A stretch of DNA of 64,000 nt from Promethearchaeati archaeon SRVP18_Atabeyarchaeia-1 (GTDB lineage: Archaea; Asgardarchaeota; Atabeyarchaeia; Atabeyarchaeales; Atabeyarchaeaceae): positions 2,592,001 to 2,656,000 of the forward strand of contig CP147779.1 of the NCBI GenBank assembly GCA_037308085.1. The letters are read 5' to 3'. The notes beneath the pieces are model-generated. The model was not told where the DNA came from, did no database searches, and worked only from the letters and a program-made list of their open reading frames with translations. The translations under genes and the position numbers were made by a program. Shown in pieces: positions 9,001 to 16,526 of this stretch (positions within the stretch are counted from its first letter, which is position 1; every line of letters starts with the position of its first letter).

Positions 9001-9093
9001 CTAGAGGGAAAGATTGACGAAATGGTCTACGGGCTCTATGAGATTGCTGAATCTGAAAAGAGGGAGATCGAAAAGAGGATAGGCAAGAATTAG
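6043..9093 (+). CDS. Type IIG restriction-modification enzyme (Eco57I/TaqI-like fused endonuclease, N6-adenine MTase and TRD)
   Basis: PD-(D/E)xK motif PDY...FVEAKK, GGVYYTP, motif I ILDPACGSGTFL, motif IV IIGNPPY, TaqI-C-like YLTGLLNSKL. Confidence 0.93.
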   Translation: MVTKDQAKEHIKKLVETFKSNIDQYQQASYKEAHVRKEFIDKFFVALGWDVYNDEGRSERYKEVINEDAIKIGGKTKAPDYAFRIGGTRIFFVEAKKPSINIKEDAEPAFQLRRYAWNSKIPLSILTDFEEFIAYDCRVKPSPKDGPAVARLFNLNFEEYMDKFDTIWDIFSKEAVLKGNFDRYVETSQGKKGTSEVDSEFLSEIEAWRDTLARNIALRNPKLSISELNYALQKTIDRILFLRICEDRNIEDYEKLKTIVQNPGTYVSLLGYFRLADEKYNSGIFGFADDRITEKMDIDDKPLKDIITSLYYPYSPYDFSVLNVEILGSVYERFLGKTVRLTSSHQAKVEEKPEVKIAGGVYYTPEFVVDYIVKETVGRLIEGKSPEEIEKIRILDPACGSGTFLVRAYSCLLDYHLNYYLGNPTKYSKEIVQLKENQWFLTTSTRKKILLNNIFGVDIDPQAVELTKLSLLLKVLENETKETVNHQMKLSRERALPDLDNNVRCGNSLVDSSYLKQTTLVPNAEELAKVNPFDWEDKQSGFGKAMKDVRFDVIIGNPPYVKEDVRKEIFDAVKRTNLKKYYQGKMDYWYFFTCKAIDLMKEGGLHSFIAQNNWITSDGASILRDKILSETRMVKFFDFNEFKVFKKASIQTMVFVLERRETTEPYLVDYYKILGRDVTKEELRNYLMAGGDGKNLEHSEVTISPKELIGKTITFTDPKINRIIDKIYSKGNMFLKSEDIGNGIDVLQDFVSSEHLEILKDSSISKGDGIFVLNKEEVRKLGFNKTELEKIKPYYTSRELLKYFGDVRNRHWIIYADKDVRSNISSYPNIKNHLDRFRKVLTSVFKPYGLHRPRERKFFEGEKILSLRKTKEVSFTYTDFPCYVSRAFLIIKSPDIDLKYLTGLLNSKLVNFWLYHKGKKQGEQLQVDKNPLMKLPIYKPNNKVRDELNTQDEISRTVDMIIETSKKLLGTKLASEETILRKQISTLEGKIDEMVYGLYEIAESEKREIEKRIGKN

Positions 9094-9115
9094 TACACAA
9101 ACCAAACAGAGTATA

Positions 9116-9128
9116 GGAGACGGCGCCA
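9116..9128 (+). other. Putative att site: duplicated tRNA 3' end
   Basis: GG-AGACGGC-G-CCA reads as T-stem end, acceptor strand, G discriminator and CCA; no upstream tRNA body; followed by a pyrimidine tract at about 9134-9177. Confidence 0.6.
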
Positions 9129-9359
9129 TCAAGTTCTTTTCTCCCCCTTTCTTTTCCCTTCGCTCTGTTTTTCTCTGATTGCGCAACAAACATATTAACA
9201 GGAATGTCATTATTACATGGTAATTTCGGTCATCCTTTTAGTTTTCCAGCTACTGAGAATATTATGAGACATTTTGTTAGTTGAATTAACTTATTATAGG
9301 TCTTCAAGACTATTAAGCTATATGTGTGCGCCAAGGTCGTTCTGGAGGGTTAAAGTCTA

Positions 9360-9809
9360 GTGGGAGGTAAGTCCGAATCCTCGTCTTCTGCCAGTAGTGA
9401 GACCAACCCAATTCTAGCGCGTCTTGACAAGATCGCAGCGACTTTGGAGAGGCTGCTTGAGGTCTCTCTTGAATTGACAGAGCGGCTTCATGAGATCAGC
9501 GCAGTAAAGACACCGACTGTCAGAGCGGTGGAAGAAAGAGCACTAGTTGACTCACTACCTAAGGGGATAGACGTCTCGACGCTCCTAGACTTGCCCGATC
9601 ATCTGCGCAGACCGCTGATGACGATTTTCAAGCTCGGTGGCAGAGGAACGGCCGCGCAAGTCAGTGACAAACTCGGAGTAAGCAGACCCCAAGCAAGCGC
9701 AACCCTGAACAGTCTAGTACGCCTCAATCTGCTTATCAAGAAACGTGAGGGAAAGGAAGGACGACGCGGAGCCGATGCTATCTTCATGATCCCTGAGGAA
9801 AAACAATGA
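9360..9809 (+). CDS. Winged-HTH transcriptional regulator with N-terminal coiled coil
   Basis: GTAAQVSDKLGVSRPQASATLNSLVRLNLLIKKREG. Confidence 0.8.
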   Translation: MGGKSESSSSASSETNPILARLDKIAATLERLLEVSLELTERLHEISAVKTPTVRAVEERALVDSLPKGIDVSTLLDLPDHLRRPLMTIFKLGGRGTAAQVSDKLGVSRPQASATLNSLVRLNLLIKKREGKEGRRGADAIFMIPEEKQ

Positions 9810-9895
9810 GTGGAAGCGGAGAAATGGGTGCGCGGAGGGCTCCCGCGAAACCGCCTGGCACGTCACGAGAAATGTGTTCAGGCATCAGTTGAATT

Positions 9896-10267
9896 CTATT
9901 CTTCAGTTTTGTCTGGTTTCCATTTTCTAAGAAATCCTGCCACCTTTCTGGCCACAATGCTCCTCGACATATCGATTACGGGTATGTCTATGGTTCCCAC
10001 ACTTATTTTCTCTTTGAATTCAGGCATTAACGCGAAACTGATGCTCAGCCAGTAACTACGACCCTGAATCATCTCCTTGAATATTGTCGCCGATGTTGGA
10101 GCCAGAGGTACTCCTGTGAAAACGACTCCCTCGGCCCAGCTTAGTAGACTGGGTTGCCCTATTCTGAATAGAACCGCTGCTATGCTTGCCAGCTCCTCCT
10201 TGCTCTCGAATTGGACGACTTCCATTATGTGGATCTGCCGAATTGGACTGTAAAGGATCTCAGTCAT
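9896..10267 (-). CDS. Hypothetical protein
   Basis: 123-aa ORF with protein-like composition; no catalytic motif recognised. Confidence 0.65.
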   Translation of the reverse strand: MTEILYSPIRQIHIMEVVQFESKEELASIAAVLFRIGQPSLLSWAEGVVFTGVPLAPTSATIFKEMIQGRSYWLSISFALMPEFKEKISVGTIDIPVIDMSRSIVARKVAGFLRKWKPDKTEE

Positions 10268-10390
10268 GGGATCTCAAGAGGCCCCCTTGCATTGCTCTTA
10301 TCCAAATAAGATGAGATAATATGACGTGTTAGCTTCTAGAGATGACTATTATTTAAGTGCATCTGGGACTGATTCCTTGCGGAGATGCTC

Positions 10391-12025
10391 TCACGTTTCG
10401 AGCTTCATTGCCGGTTGCGCTTCCTCTTTAGGCCTGCTCTTTCTCTGCCAGAAGACCGCCACCATGCCACTTGCCAAACCTATGAAAATGATCGACAGGG
10501 CTAGAACTGTGATCGTCTCTTCGACCCTGCCATACGCGTAGTAATTACCGCTGTTATTGGCGATGGCGAGATTGCCCGCGTAGTCGTATGCCTCGACGTA
10601 GTAGTAGACTTGCGAAGAGTTCTGCCGGGGTATCACGGCAGAGTATAGATCACCTGACCCTGCGCTCATTTGGATCCGATTCCAAGTACGTAGTTCATCG
10701 GATGAGTAGAGAAGCGTTGCGTTTCTTACGCTACTTGAGTCGGTTCCGGTATCGGTTATTACTGCTCTTACGGTAGCAGGTTGCGTACTTGGCCAGGTTC
10801 CAGGAACAGGATATCTGAGATCAATATTGGGTGGGGTATTGTCTGGGTTAATCAGACCCACAGAGACCCTGTAGGATTGTGAATATGCTGAGAGAACTGT
10901 AATGTTGATGTTCCTCCCACCATCGGTGTAAATGTTGTTGCCCGGCGCAGTTGTGTATGTGGCCATCGTCAGCGACTGAGAGTACTTCACTGTGACTATT
11001 CCTTCCCCTGATGCTCGAGTCTCATCGCAGTAGAGTATTAGCACACCAGTCGCCGGGAGATATGAGTCATAGTGAATCTTTTGTCTGACTTCAACTAGGT
11101 AGCATGTGTCCGTGGTCACGGGGATCTTCATTACAGTAAAATTGTTACCATTGGTCTCCAGTGGGTCAATTACGCCCTGATCTATTCTGCCGACCAGACT
11201 TGCGTTTGCGGAAATCCAACCCATCTGGATTTTGCACCATGATGTCAAGTGTGATGGGGAGGTTCCTTGTGGAGTTCCTAGCCAAGCCCCCTCCGCCATG
11301 AGGTCCCACTTTCCCACGTATTCACCTCCTCCATCAGTATTGTAGAGGTCTGGGAGGCCAAGCGAGTGCCCGAACTCGTGGGCGAATATTCCCATTGGGT
11401 CTTGTTCGGAGACGACAATTCCATTTGTGATAGTCACTCCATCATTTGTAGGGATATCTAGACCACTCCAGTATGCTGACCAGATATCATTTGAAATGCT
11501 GCTCGCGGCCTGATCTCCTCCTGAGTGAACAACTATGACTACATCGTAGTTGGCGAAGTTGGTCGAATTGTCAGTCATCTCTATAATGTCTCGTATCAGC
11601 CACCAGCTGTCTGGGTCAACAACACCCATATCATGGCCATATTGTACTGTGTCGTTGGGCATAGGAATCCAATTAGTCGTGTTCCCTGTGAGAGCCATCT
11701 CGTGGTATGAGACCTCATCATAATAGGACGCCATGATCTGGAATACTGTCGAGTTAATCGCACTGACTGACGTGGAGTTCGATACGTCGGCGAGTTCTGC
11801 AAGTATCACGATTATTCTTTCCTTCTGCGGAGCTGGGGCACCCTCTATCAGCGCGGGGATCTGAGCAATACTACTGGGGGAGGAGGGTTCCTGTGACGTT
11901 TTCCGTGATGCGAGCGTATATGCAGATGTGACGCTGTAGAAGTTAGGCAGAATAAGCACAGTAATTAGGATGCTAATCATCAGCATATTTGTCCCGCAGG
12001 ATCGCGCGCTTCGTTCAGAGGACAA
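10391..12025 (-). CDS. M6 family (immune inhibitor A-like) metalloprotease, membrane anchored
   Basis: HEFGHSLGLPDLY, WDLMAEG, N-terminal signal peptide and C-terminal TM helix. Confidence 0.9.
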   Translation of the reverse strand: MSSERSARSCGTNMLMISILITVLILPNFYSVTSAYTLASRKTSQEPSSPSSIAQIPALIEGAPAPQKERIIVILAELADVSNSTSVSAINSTVFQIMASYYDEVSYHEMALTGNTTNWIPMPNDTVQYGHDMGVVDPDSWWLIRDIIEMTDNSTNFANYDVVIVVHSGGDQAASSISNDIWSAYWSGLDIPTNDGVTITNGIVVSEQDPMGIFAHEFGHSLGLPDLYNTDGGGEYVGKWDLMAEGAWLGTPQGTSPSHLTSWCKIQMGWISANASLVGRIDQGVIDPLETNGNNFTVMKIPVTTDTCYLVEVRQKIHYDSYLPATGVLILYCDETRASGEGIVTVKYSQSLTMATYTTAPGNNIYTDGGRNINITVLSAYSQSYRVSVGLINPDNTPPNIDLRYPVPGTWPSTQPATVRAVITDTGTDSSSVRNATLLYSSDELRTWNRIQMSAGSGDLYSAVIPRQNSSQVYYYVEAYDYAGNLAIANNSGNYYAYGRVEETITVLALSIIFIGLASGMVAVFWQRKSRPKEEAQPAMKLET

Positions 12026-12033
12026 TTACTCTC

Positions 12034-12288
12034 TCAACCCCCCGCCACTGGTAGAATCAAGGACACCTCTTGTCCGTCTTTGAGTATCGGTTCCCGCAAC
12101 TCTGCATTCTTCACCATTCTGCCATCGACAAAAACGCCTGCCTGCTTCAACCGGTCCTTTGCCTCTGGATGGAGCTTGAAGATACCGTCAAGGAGCTCCC
12201 TGACTGTCCCCCTCTCCAAGTCTACTGTGCGCTGTTGTTCCCCGATAACCAGCCTGGTAGCCCCAACGAATTTCACGGTTATTCTCAA
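12034..12288 (-). CDS. MoaD/ThiS/SAMP ubiquitin-like sulfur carrier
   Basis: 84-aa beta-grasp pattern ending LPVAGG. Confidence 0.9.
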   Translation of the reverse strand: MRITVKFVGATRLVIGEQQRTVDLERGTVRELLDGIFKLHPEAKDRLKQAGVFVDGRMVKNAELREPILKDGQEVSLILPVAGG

Positions 12289-12399
12289 TGAGCTTCGGCA
12301 CCTCGCAAGTCGTCACTGCGATCCGTAATGAAGTGTGCGTTTTCGGGAAGCCACCCTCTGCCATCAACTGGAATTCTACAGAATGCGCTTAATCGACGA

Positions 12400-13035
12400 T
12401 CACACAAGCTTCAGCTCAACGGACATAAGAGTCCTTCTGATCATCTCATCGGCGTCAAGTTTCTGCTCCTCTCCTGACACTCGAGATGGATTTGCGCACG
12501 TTGCGGGTTTACTTGGTACCGCTGTGCAGCAAAGCCCCGGGGAGATCGACGTGTCGTACGTCCCGATCATCTTTGCCATGTCCATTATCTCTTGCTTATC
12601 TAGACCGATTAGGGGTCTCAGGATTGGCGTCTTCACTGCTGAGCTGATTGCATGCAGGTTCTTTAGTGTTTGACTCGCAACTTGGCCAATAGATTCGCCC
12701 GTTACTATTGCCTGGCATTCATCCTTGATAGCTATTTGCTCAGCTGCTCTGTACATGAACCTTCGGCAGAGGACGCAGGTAAGATGCCTATCGCAGTTTC
12801 TCATTATGTCGGTCTGGTTTGGACCGTGGGCTACTGTGTAGAGTTTCAATGGTTCCCCGTAATAACCCCTCAGTATTTTTGCGATAGCATCAACCTTGGA
12901 TAGACTCTTCTTGTCTGAAAATGGCCAGTTGCTGAGGTGCAGTAGTGATATGCCGAATCCTCTCTTGATCATCATGTAGGTGGCGACTGCCGAGTCTATG
13001 CCGCCCGAAAGCAAGGAAACCAATTTAACTTTCAT
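12400..13035 (-). CDS. thiI: ThiI-type PP-loop sulfurtransferase, catalytic domain only (no NFLD/THUMP)
   Basis: SGGIDS, CVLCRRFM, GESIGQVASQTL, RPLIGLDKQEI; only 211 aa. Confidence 0.8.
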   Translation of the reverse strand: MKVKLVSLLSGGIDSAVATYMMIKRGFGISLLHLSNWPFSDKKSLSKVDAIAKILRGYYGEPLKLYTVAHGPNQTDIMRNCDRHLTCVLCRRFMYRAAEQIAIKDECQAIVTGESIGQVASQTLKNLHAISSAVKTPILRPLIGLDKQEIMDMAKMIGTYDTSISPGLCCTAVPSKPATCANPSRVSGEEQKLDADEMIRRTLMSVELKLV

Positions 13036-13300
13036 GTGAACCGAGATCCTGGTGTAGTTTTTCTATTGTCTTCTTCGCCAAGTCCATGCTTTCCACGTCT
13101 TTTGCTAGGACCCTTCCTGAAGGAAACAATGTGAGCTCATATTCTTTCTTGACTACCATCACGTAGTCTGTCAGGGCTATTATTTCATAGCCCTTTGCAC
13201 GAAGCGTTTTTGAACACTCATTAAGGTCTAGCCTGACCTGGCGAGTTAGTATTCCTTCATAAGCTGCCTTTGTTGAGCAGGGCCTTACCACGAGCATCAA
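13025..13300 (-). CDS. Small protein resembling the C-terminal domain of Firmicute-type MoeB/ThiF
   Basis: PC...LDL...L...GY...YVMVV...ELTLFPSGRVL...AKK; overlaps the thiI start. Confidence 0.5.
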   Translation of the reverse strand: MMLVVRPCSTKAAYEGILTRQVRLDLNECSKTLRAKGYEIIALTDYVMVVKKEYELTLFPSGRVLAKDVESMDLAKKTIEKLHQDLGSHES

Positions 13301-13488
13301 AATCGCACCCTACCGCAGGTGTGTCTCCAGAAGACCTATCCTAGGACCAGATCTTTGACAGGTTTGGCACGCTTATCAAGGTCTAGGGTGACACTGAATC
13401 GCCTGAGAATCTTCGACGAATCAGTTATTGATTGGTTCAATATGGTTAATCAAAGATGTTGAGCTGGAGTGTTCCTAAAAGCTATTCT

Positions 13489-14093
13489 GTCAGTTACCCA
13501 CCGCTTGAGCTTGTGGGCTTGCAACTCGGGGTTGTTTGACGCTGTCGTTTCAAACCCTTCACCTTGCCAAACGCGCCTACTGACGGAGGCGCTGGTATGC
13601 TCCGTCCCTGCTTATGGGCAGGCCGATCCTCTTGTTGCTGGCTCGCAGGGTCAGCACGGGGTTCCCCCTCTTTGTCTTCTTGAAGCTGAAGAGGCGCGCG
13701 TCGAAGCGGACGACGCACTTCTCCACGCGACCAGCGCGGCGGATGGTCTTCCTTTCGCTCCACGCGTAGCTTGTGGCCTCGACCACGAGCTGGGATGCCA
13801 CTTGGTGCCTGCCTCTTAGCGCCTTGTAGGTCTTGTTGTGGAGTTGGCCTCTGCTCTTGGCGCCGCCAAGGCAGTCGAGGGCCTCCTTCACGATGCTGAG
13901 GATTGTGGTGTAGGTCTGCTTGAGCATTCTCCTCTTTGCTTCTGTGGGTTCAAGGAGGTTGAGAGGCAGGCACTTTCTCATGGTATCTCCCAGAGGATGT
14001 TAGGAGGCGCGGTATTTAAGGCTCCCAACTGCAGTCTCGCTGCGATCTCTCCCACCCCTAAAAGGATGTGGGCTTCCTCGCAGCGCCTCTGTG
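13489..14093 (-). mobile_element. Non-autonomous IS200/IS605-family element, internally deleted
   Basis: Related subterminal hairpins at both ends (GAAGCCCACATCCTTTTAGGGGTGGGA at about 14050-14076 and AAGCCCACAAGCTCAAGCGGTGGGTAACTGAC at 13489-13520); GC-richer than flanks; left boundary approximate. Confidence 0.8.
13577..13981 (-). pseudogene. tnpB: Truncated TnpB (N-terminal 134 aa; RuvC and Zn finger absent)
   Basis: LNLLEPTEAKRRML...LHNKTYKALR...SQLV..A N-terminal TnpB pattern, with a stop just before the right-end sequence. Confidence 0.75.
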
Positions 14094-14208
14094 ATCATAT
14101 TCTTTGGGCATTGTTCCTGGCTGGTGCCGTCTAGAGAATCCATATATGTCGCATCGGAAGAATGCCTATTTCGAGCATCTGTTGAAACGGCGTTAGCTGG
14201 TAGAAACG

Positions 14209-15321
14209 ATGGCACCACGGAATCTGCGATTCCTTGATCTCGGAGGCATAGAACCAATTGCCTCGCAGGCGATATATGAAGCGGTAGCAGTGGCTAGGCA
14301 ACGAGGTATTGTCGCTGACACGTTGATTATATGTTGGCCCAACTCTCCCCTTGTTTGCGTTGGCTACTTTCAGGAAGTGGAGAAAGAGCTGGATGTGAAG
14401 TACTGTGAGAGTAGGAACGTGCCGATAGTCAGAAGGATACTGGGTGGTGGCGCAGTCTACCTAGATTCAAATCAAGTGTTTTACCAGATCATAGGTGAGA
14501 GAGGTGGCAATATAATACCGGTCGATATCGAAGCCGTCTTTCGCAAGATGTTGGAGGCCCCAATTAGGGCATACAAGGAGATGGGGATCCCTGTGGTCTA
14601 CAGACCAGTGAACGACATCGAAGTTGAAGGAAGAAAGATCTCAGGTAACGGCGCGGGGGAGATTGATGGAATAGCTATTCTTACAGGTAACATTATTCTT
14701 GATTTCAACTATAATGAGATGACTAGGATTTTGAAGGTCCCAGATGAGAAGTTCAGGGACAAGCTCACCAAGTCCCTGAGAGAACGAGTAACCACGGTGA
14801 AGCGTGAACTGGGATCCGCTCCAAATCGCAAAGACGTCAAGGATTCTTTAGTGAAGCACTTTCAGGAGGTGCTTGGAGTGGAATTGACTCTGGGATCTTT
14901 ATCCACAGAAGAAAACAGTCTGTTGAGGAAACTGGTGAAAGAGAAGTATCTATCTAAGAAATGGACCTACGGAAACAGCGGCAGGCGTACAGCACTGTCG
15001 CAGCCTAGGATCGTCAAGGTGAGCGGTCAAACCATAGTCGGACAGGGAACGTACAAGTCTGTGGGTGGATTGATAAGGGTGACAGCCGAGTTTAGGGAAA
15101 ACAGGATCAACGAGATACTGATAAGCGGAGACTTCACTTTTCTTCCACCCAAGATCCCCGAGCTCGAAGAGGAGCTCCTCAAGGTGGATCTTGATGAGCA
15201 GATCTTGGTTGGCGTGATTAAGAAGTTCTATGATCGCAACAAGATTGCGTCTCCTGGAACAACCCCTGGTGATTTTGCAGAGGCCATTATGATCGCAAGC
15301 GGGACTCGTGATCTGCAATAA
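14209..15321 (+). CDS. lplA: Lipoate-protein ligase A with C-terminal domain
   Basis: RRILGGGAVYLD, NDIEVEGRKISGNG, C-terminal ISGDF. Confidence 0.9.
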   Translation: MAPRNLRFLDLGGIEPIASQAIYEAVAVARQRGIVADTLIICWPNSPLVCVGYFQEVEKELDVKYCESRNVPIVRRILGGGAVYLDSNQVFYQIIGERGGNIIPVDIEAVFRKMLEAPIRAYKEMGIPVVYRPVNDIEVEGRKISGNGAGEIDGIAILTGNIILDFNYNEMTRILKVPDEKFRDKLTKSLRERVTTVKRELGSAPNRKDVKDSLVKHFQEVLGVELTLGSLSTEENSLLRKLVKEKYLSKKWTYGNSGRRTALSQPRIVKVSGQTIVGQGTYKSVGGLIRVTAEFRENRINEILISGDFTFLPPKIPELEEELLKVDLDEQILVGVIKKFYDRNKIASPGTTPGDFAEAIMIASGTRDLQ

Positions 15322-15361
15322 GTCAGTTACGCAGGCAAAAAGTGAGGTGATTTCCTTGGCG

Positions 15362-16501
15362 CTATTTCGGCGTGGCACCAGTGAGTATTTCGGCCAGATC
15401 CACGACGGTAATTCTCCTTGGGTCTTCCATTCTAGCATTCTGGACTTCGATAAGGTGGTCTTTGCAGAACGGGCATGCAGTGGCGATCATTTCGGCTCCA
15501 GTGGCATAGGCTTCGTCTAATCGTCTTGTTCCCAATTTCTCTGCTATGCTGGGGTACGACACTCTCAAGCCGCCCCCGCTTCCACAGCAGTTGCTGTTCT
15601 TTCTGTTCCATTCCATTTCAATTAATCTAACGCCTTTAATCTGTTGAATGATGTTTCTGGGCTGATCAATTATGTTGCTGTGTCTTCCGAGGTGGCATGG
15701 GTCGTGGTACGTCAATCTCTTTGAGAGCTCAACTTTCGGAGTTCCTTTTCCGCTTGAATCAAGGTACTCGGTGAAGTGCATTACTTCGGCATCTAGCTTG
15801 TATCCTAGCCGGGGGTAGTCTTCCTTCAAGGTTCTGTGGCAACCGGGGCAACCAGTGACCACCATCTTGCAGTTCAAGTTGTTGATTGCTTCGGAGTTGT
15901 GGGCCAGGAGTTCCTTGGATGCGTCTTCAAGTCCCAGCCTTATCAGGGGTGAGCCGCAACACTTTTCGGAGTCAGCCAAAACTGTGAAGTCTTCGCCCAT
16001 TATTGTGAGTACTTTCATAATTGCATCGGCGATCTCGGGGTGTCTGTAAGCTGTTGTGCAACCTACGAAGTAGAGGATTTCACTCTTGCCGTCCTTCTTG
16101 TTGGCACCGTTCCTGATCTTTGAGAACCTCTTGCTATTTGGCTCTCCATAGGGGTTGGAGTTCTTCTGGGTGATTTCAAGGAGCCGGGTTATGTTCTTTG
16201 GCGCCAGCCCTTCTCCCACGATGTCCTTCCTGGCTCTCTCGACTATGTTCGCCACATCTACCTCCGGCTTGCACCAAGTTTTGCATAGCCCACAGGTGGC
16301 GCATTGGTAGATTGACTCGACCGCCTTGGGCGAGTATTTGATCTTGTTTATTGATGCTAGGTGGTAGGCGCTGCTGCGCCCGTAGGGCGTGATTGATTCG
16401 TTTTTTGTGGCGATTGCTGTGGGGCACACGAATCGGCACATTTTGAAGCAGCCAGTGCACATCTTGGCGTCAAATGGAATATCTCTCTGAAGTGTTGCCA
16501 A
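15362..16501 (-). CDS. (Fe-S)-binding CCG-domain protein (GlpC/HdrD-like)
   Basis: CTGCFKMCRFVCP, CATCGLCKTWC, CCGSP, YHDPCHLGR, CCGSGGG. Confidence 0.9.
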   Translation of the reverse strand: MATLQRDIPFDAKMCTGCFKMCRFVCPTAIATKNESITPYGRSSAYHLASINKIKYSPKAVESIYQCATCGLCKTWCKPEVDVANIVERARKDIVGEGLAPKNITRLLEITQKNSNPYGEPNSKRFSKIRNGANKKDGKSEILYFVGCTTAYRHPEIADAIMKVLTIMGEDFTVLADSEKCCGSPLIRLGLEDASKELLAHNSEAINNLNCKMVVTGCPGCHRTLKEDYPRLGYKLDAEVMHFTEYLDSSGKGTPKVELSKRLTYHDPCHLGRHSNIIDQPRNIIQQIKGVRLIEMEWNRKNSNCCGSGGGLRVSYPSIAEKLGTRRLDEAYATGAEMIATACPFCKDHLIEVQNARMEDPRRITVVDLAEILTGATPK

Positions 16502-16526
16502 CTGTGATAACCTCCTTGGTCTAGCT

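Larger units (their letters stand above)
1..9128. mobile_element. Integrated mobile element (plasmid/provirus-like), right portion; left end outside window
   Basis: AT-richer block with small overlapping ORFs, RHH and P-loop Rep-like genes, iteron palindrome and RM cargo. It ends at a tRNA-3'-like 13-mer followed by a pyrimidine tract, and host-type genes resume at 9360. Confidence 0.8.

Noticed and set aside
9116-9128. Intact tRNA gene
   Set aside because: There is no T-loop, anticodon arm or 5' acceptor strand upstream, so it is kept only as an att fragment.
13300-13460. TPP riboswitch upstream of the thiI-like operon
   Set aside because: GGGTG...CTGAGA lies on the strand opposite to the genes, and the remaining conserved TPP elements are missing.
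13577-13981. Functional nuclease-dead TnpB regulator (TldR-like)
   Set aside because: The whole RuvC lobe is missing rather than point-inactivated and the IS ends are retained, so a deletion derivative is the simpler explanation.
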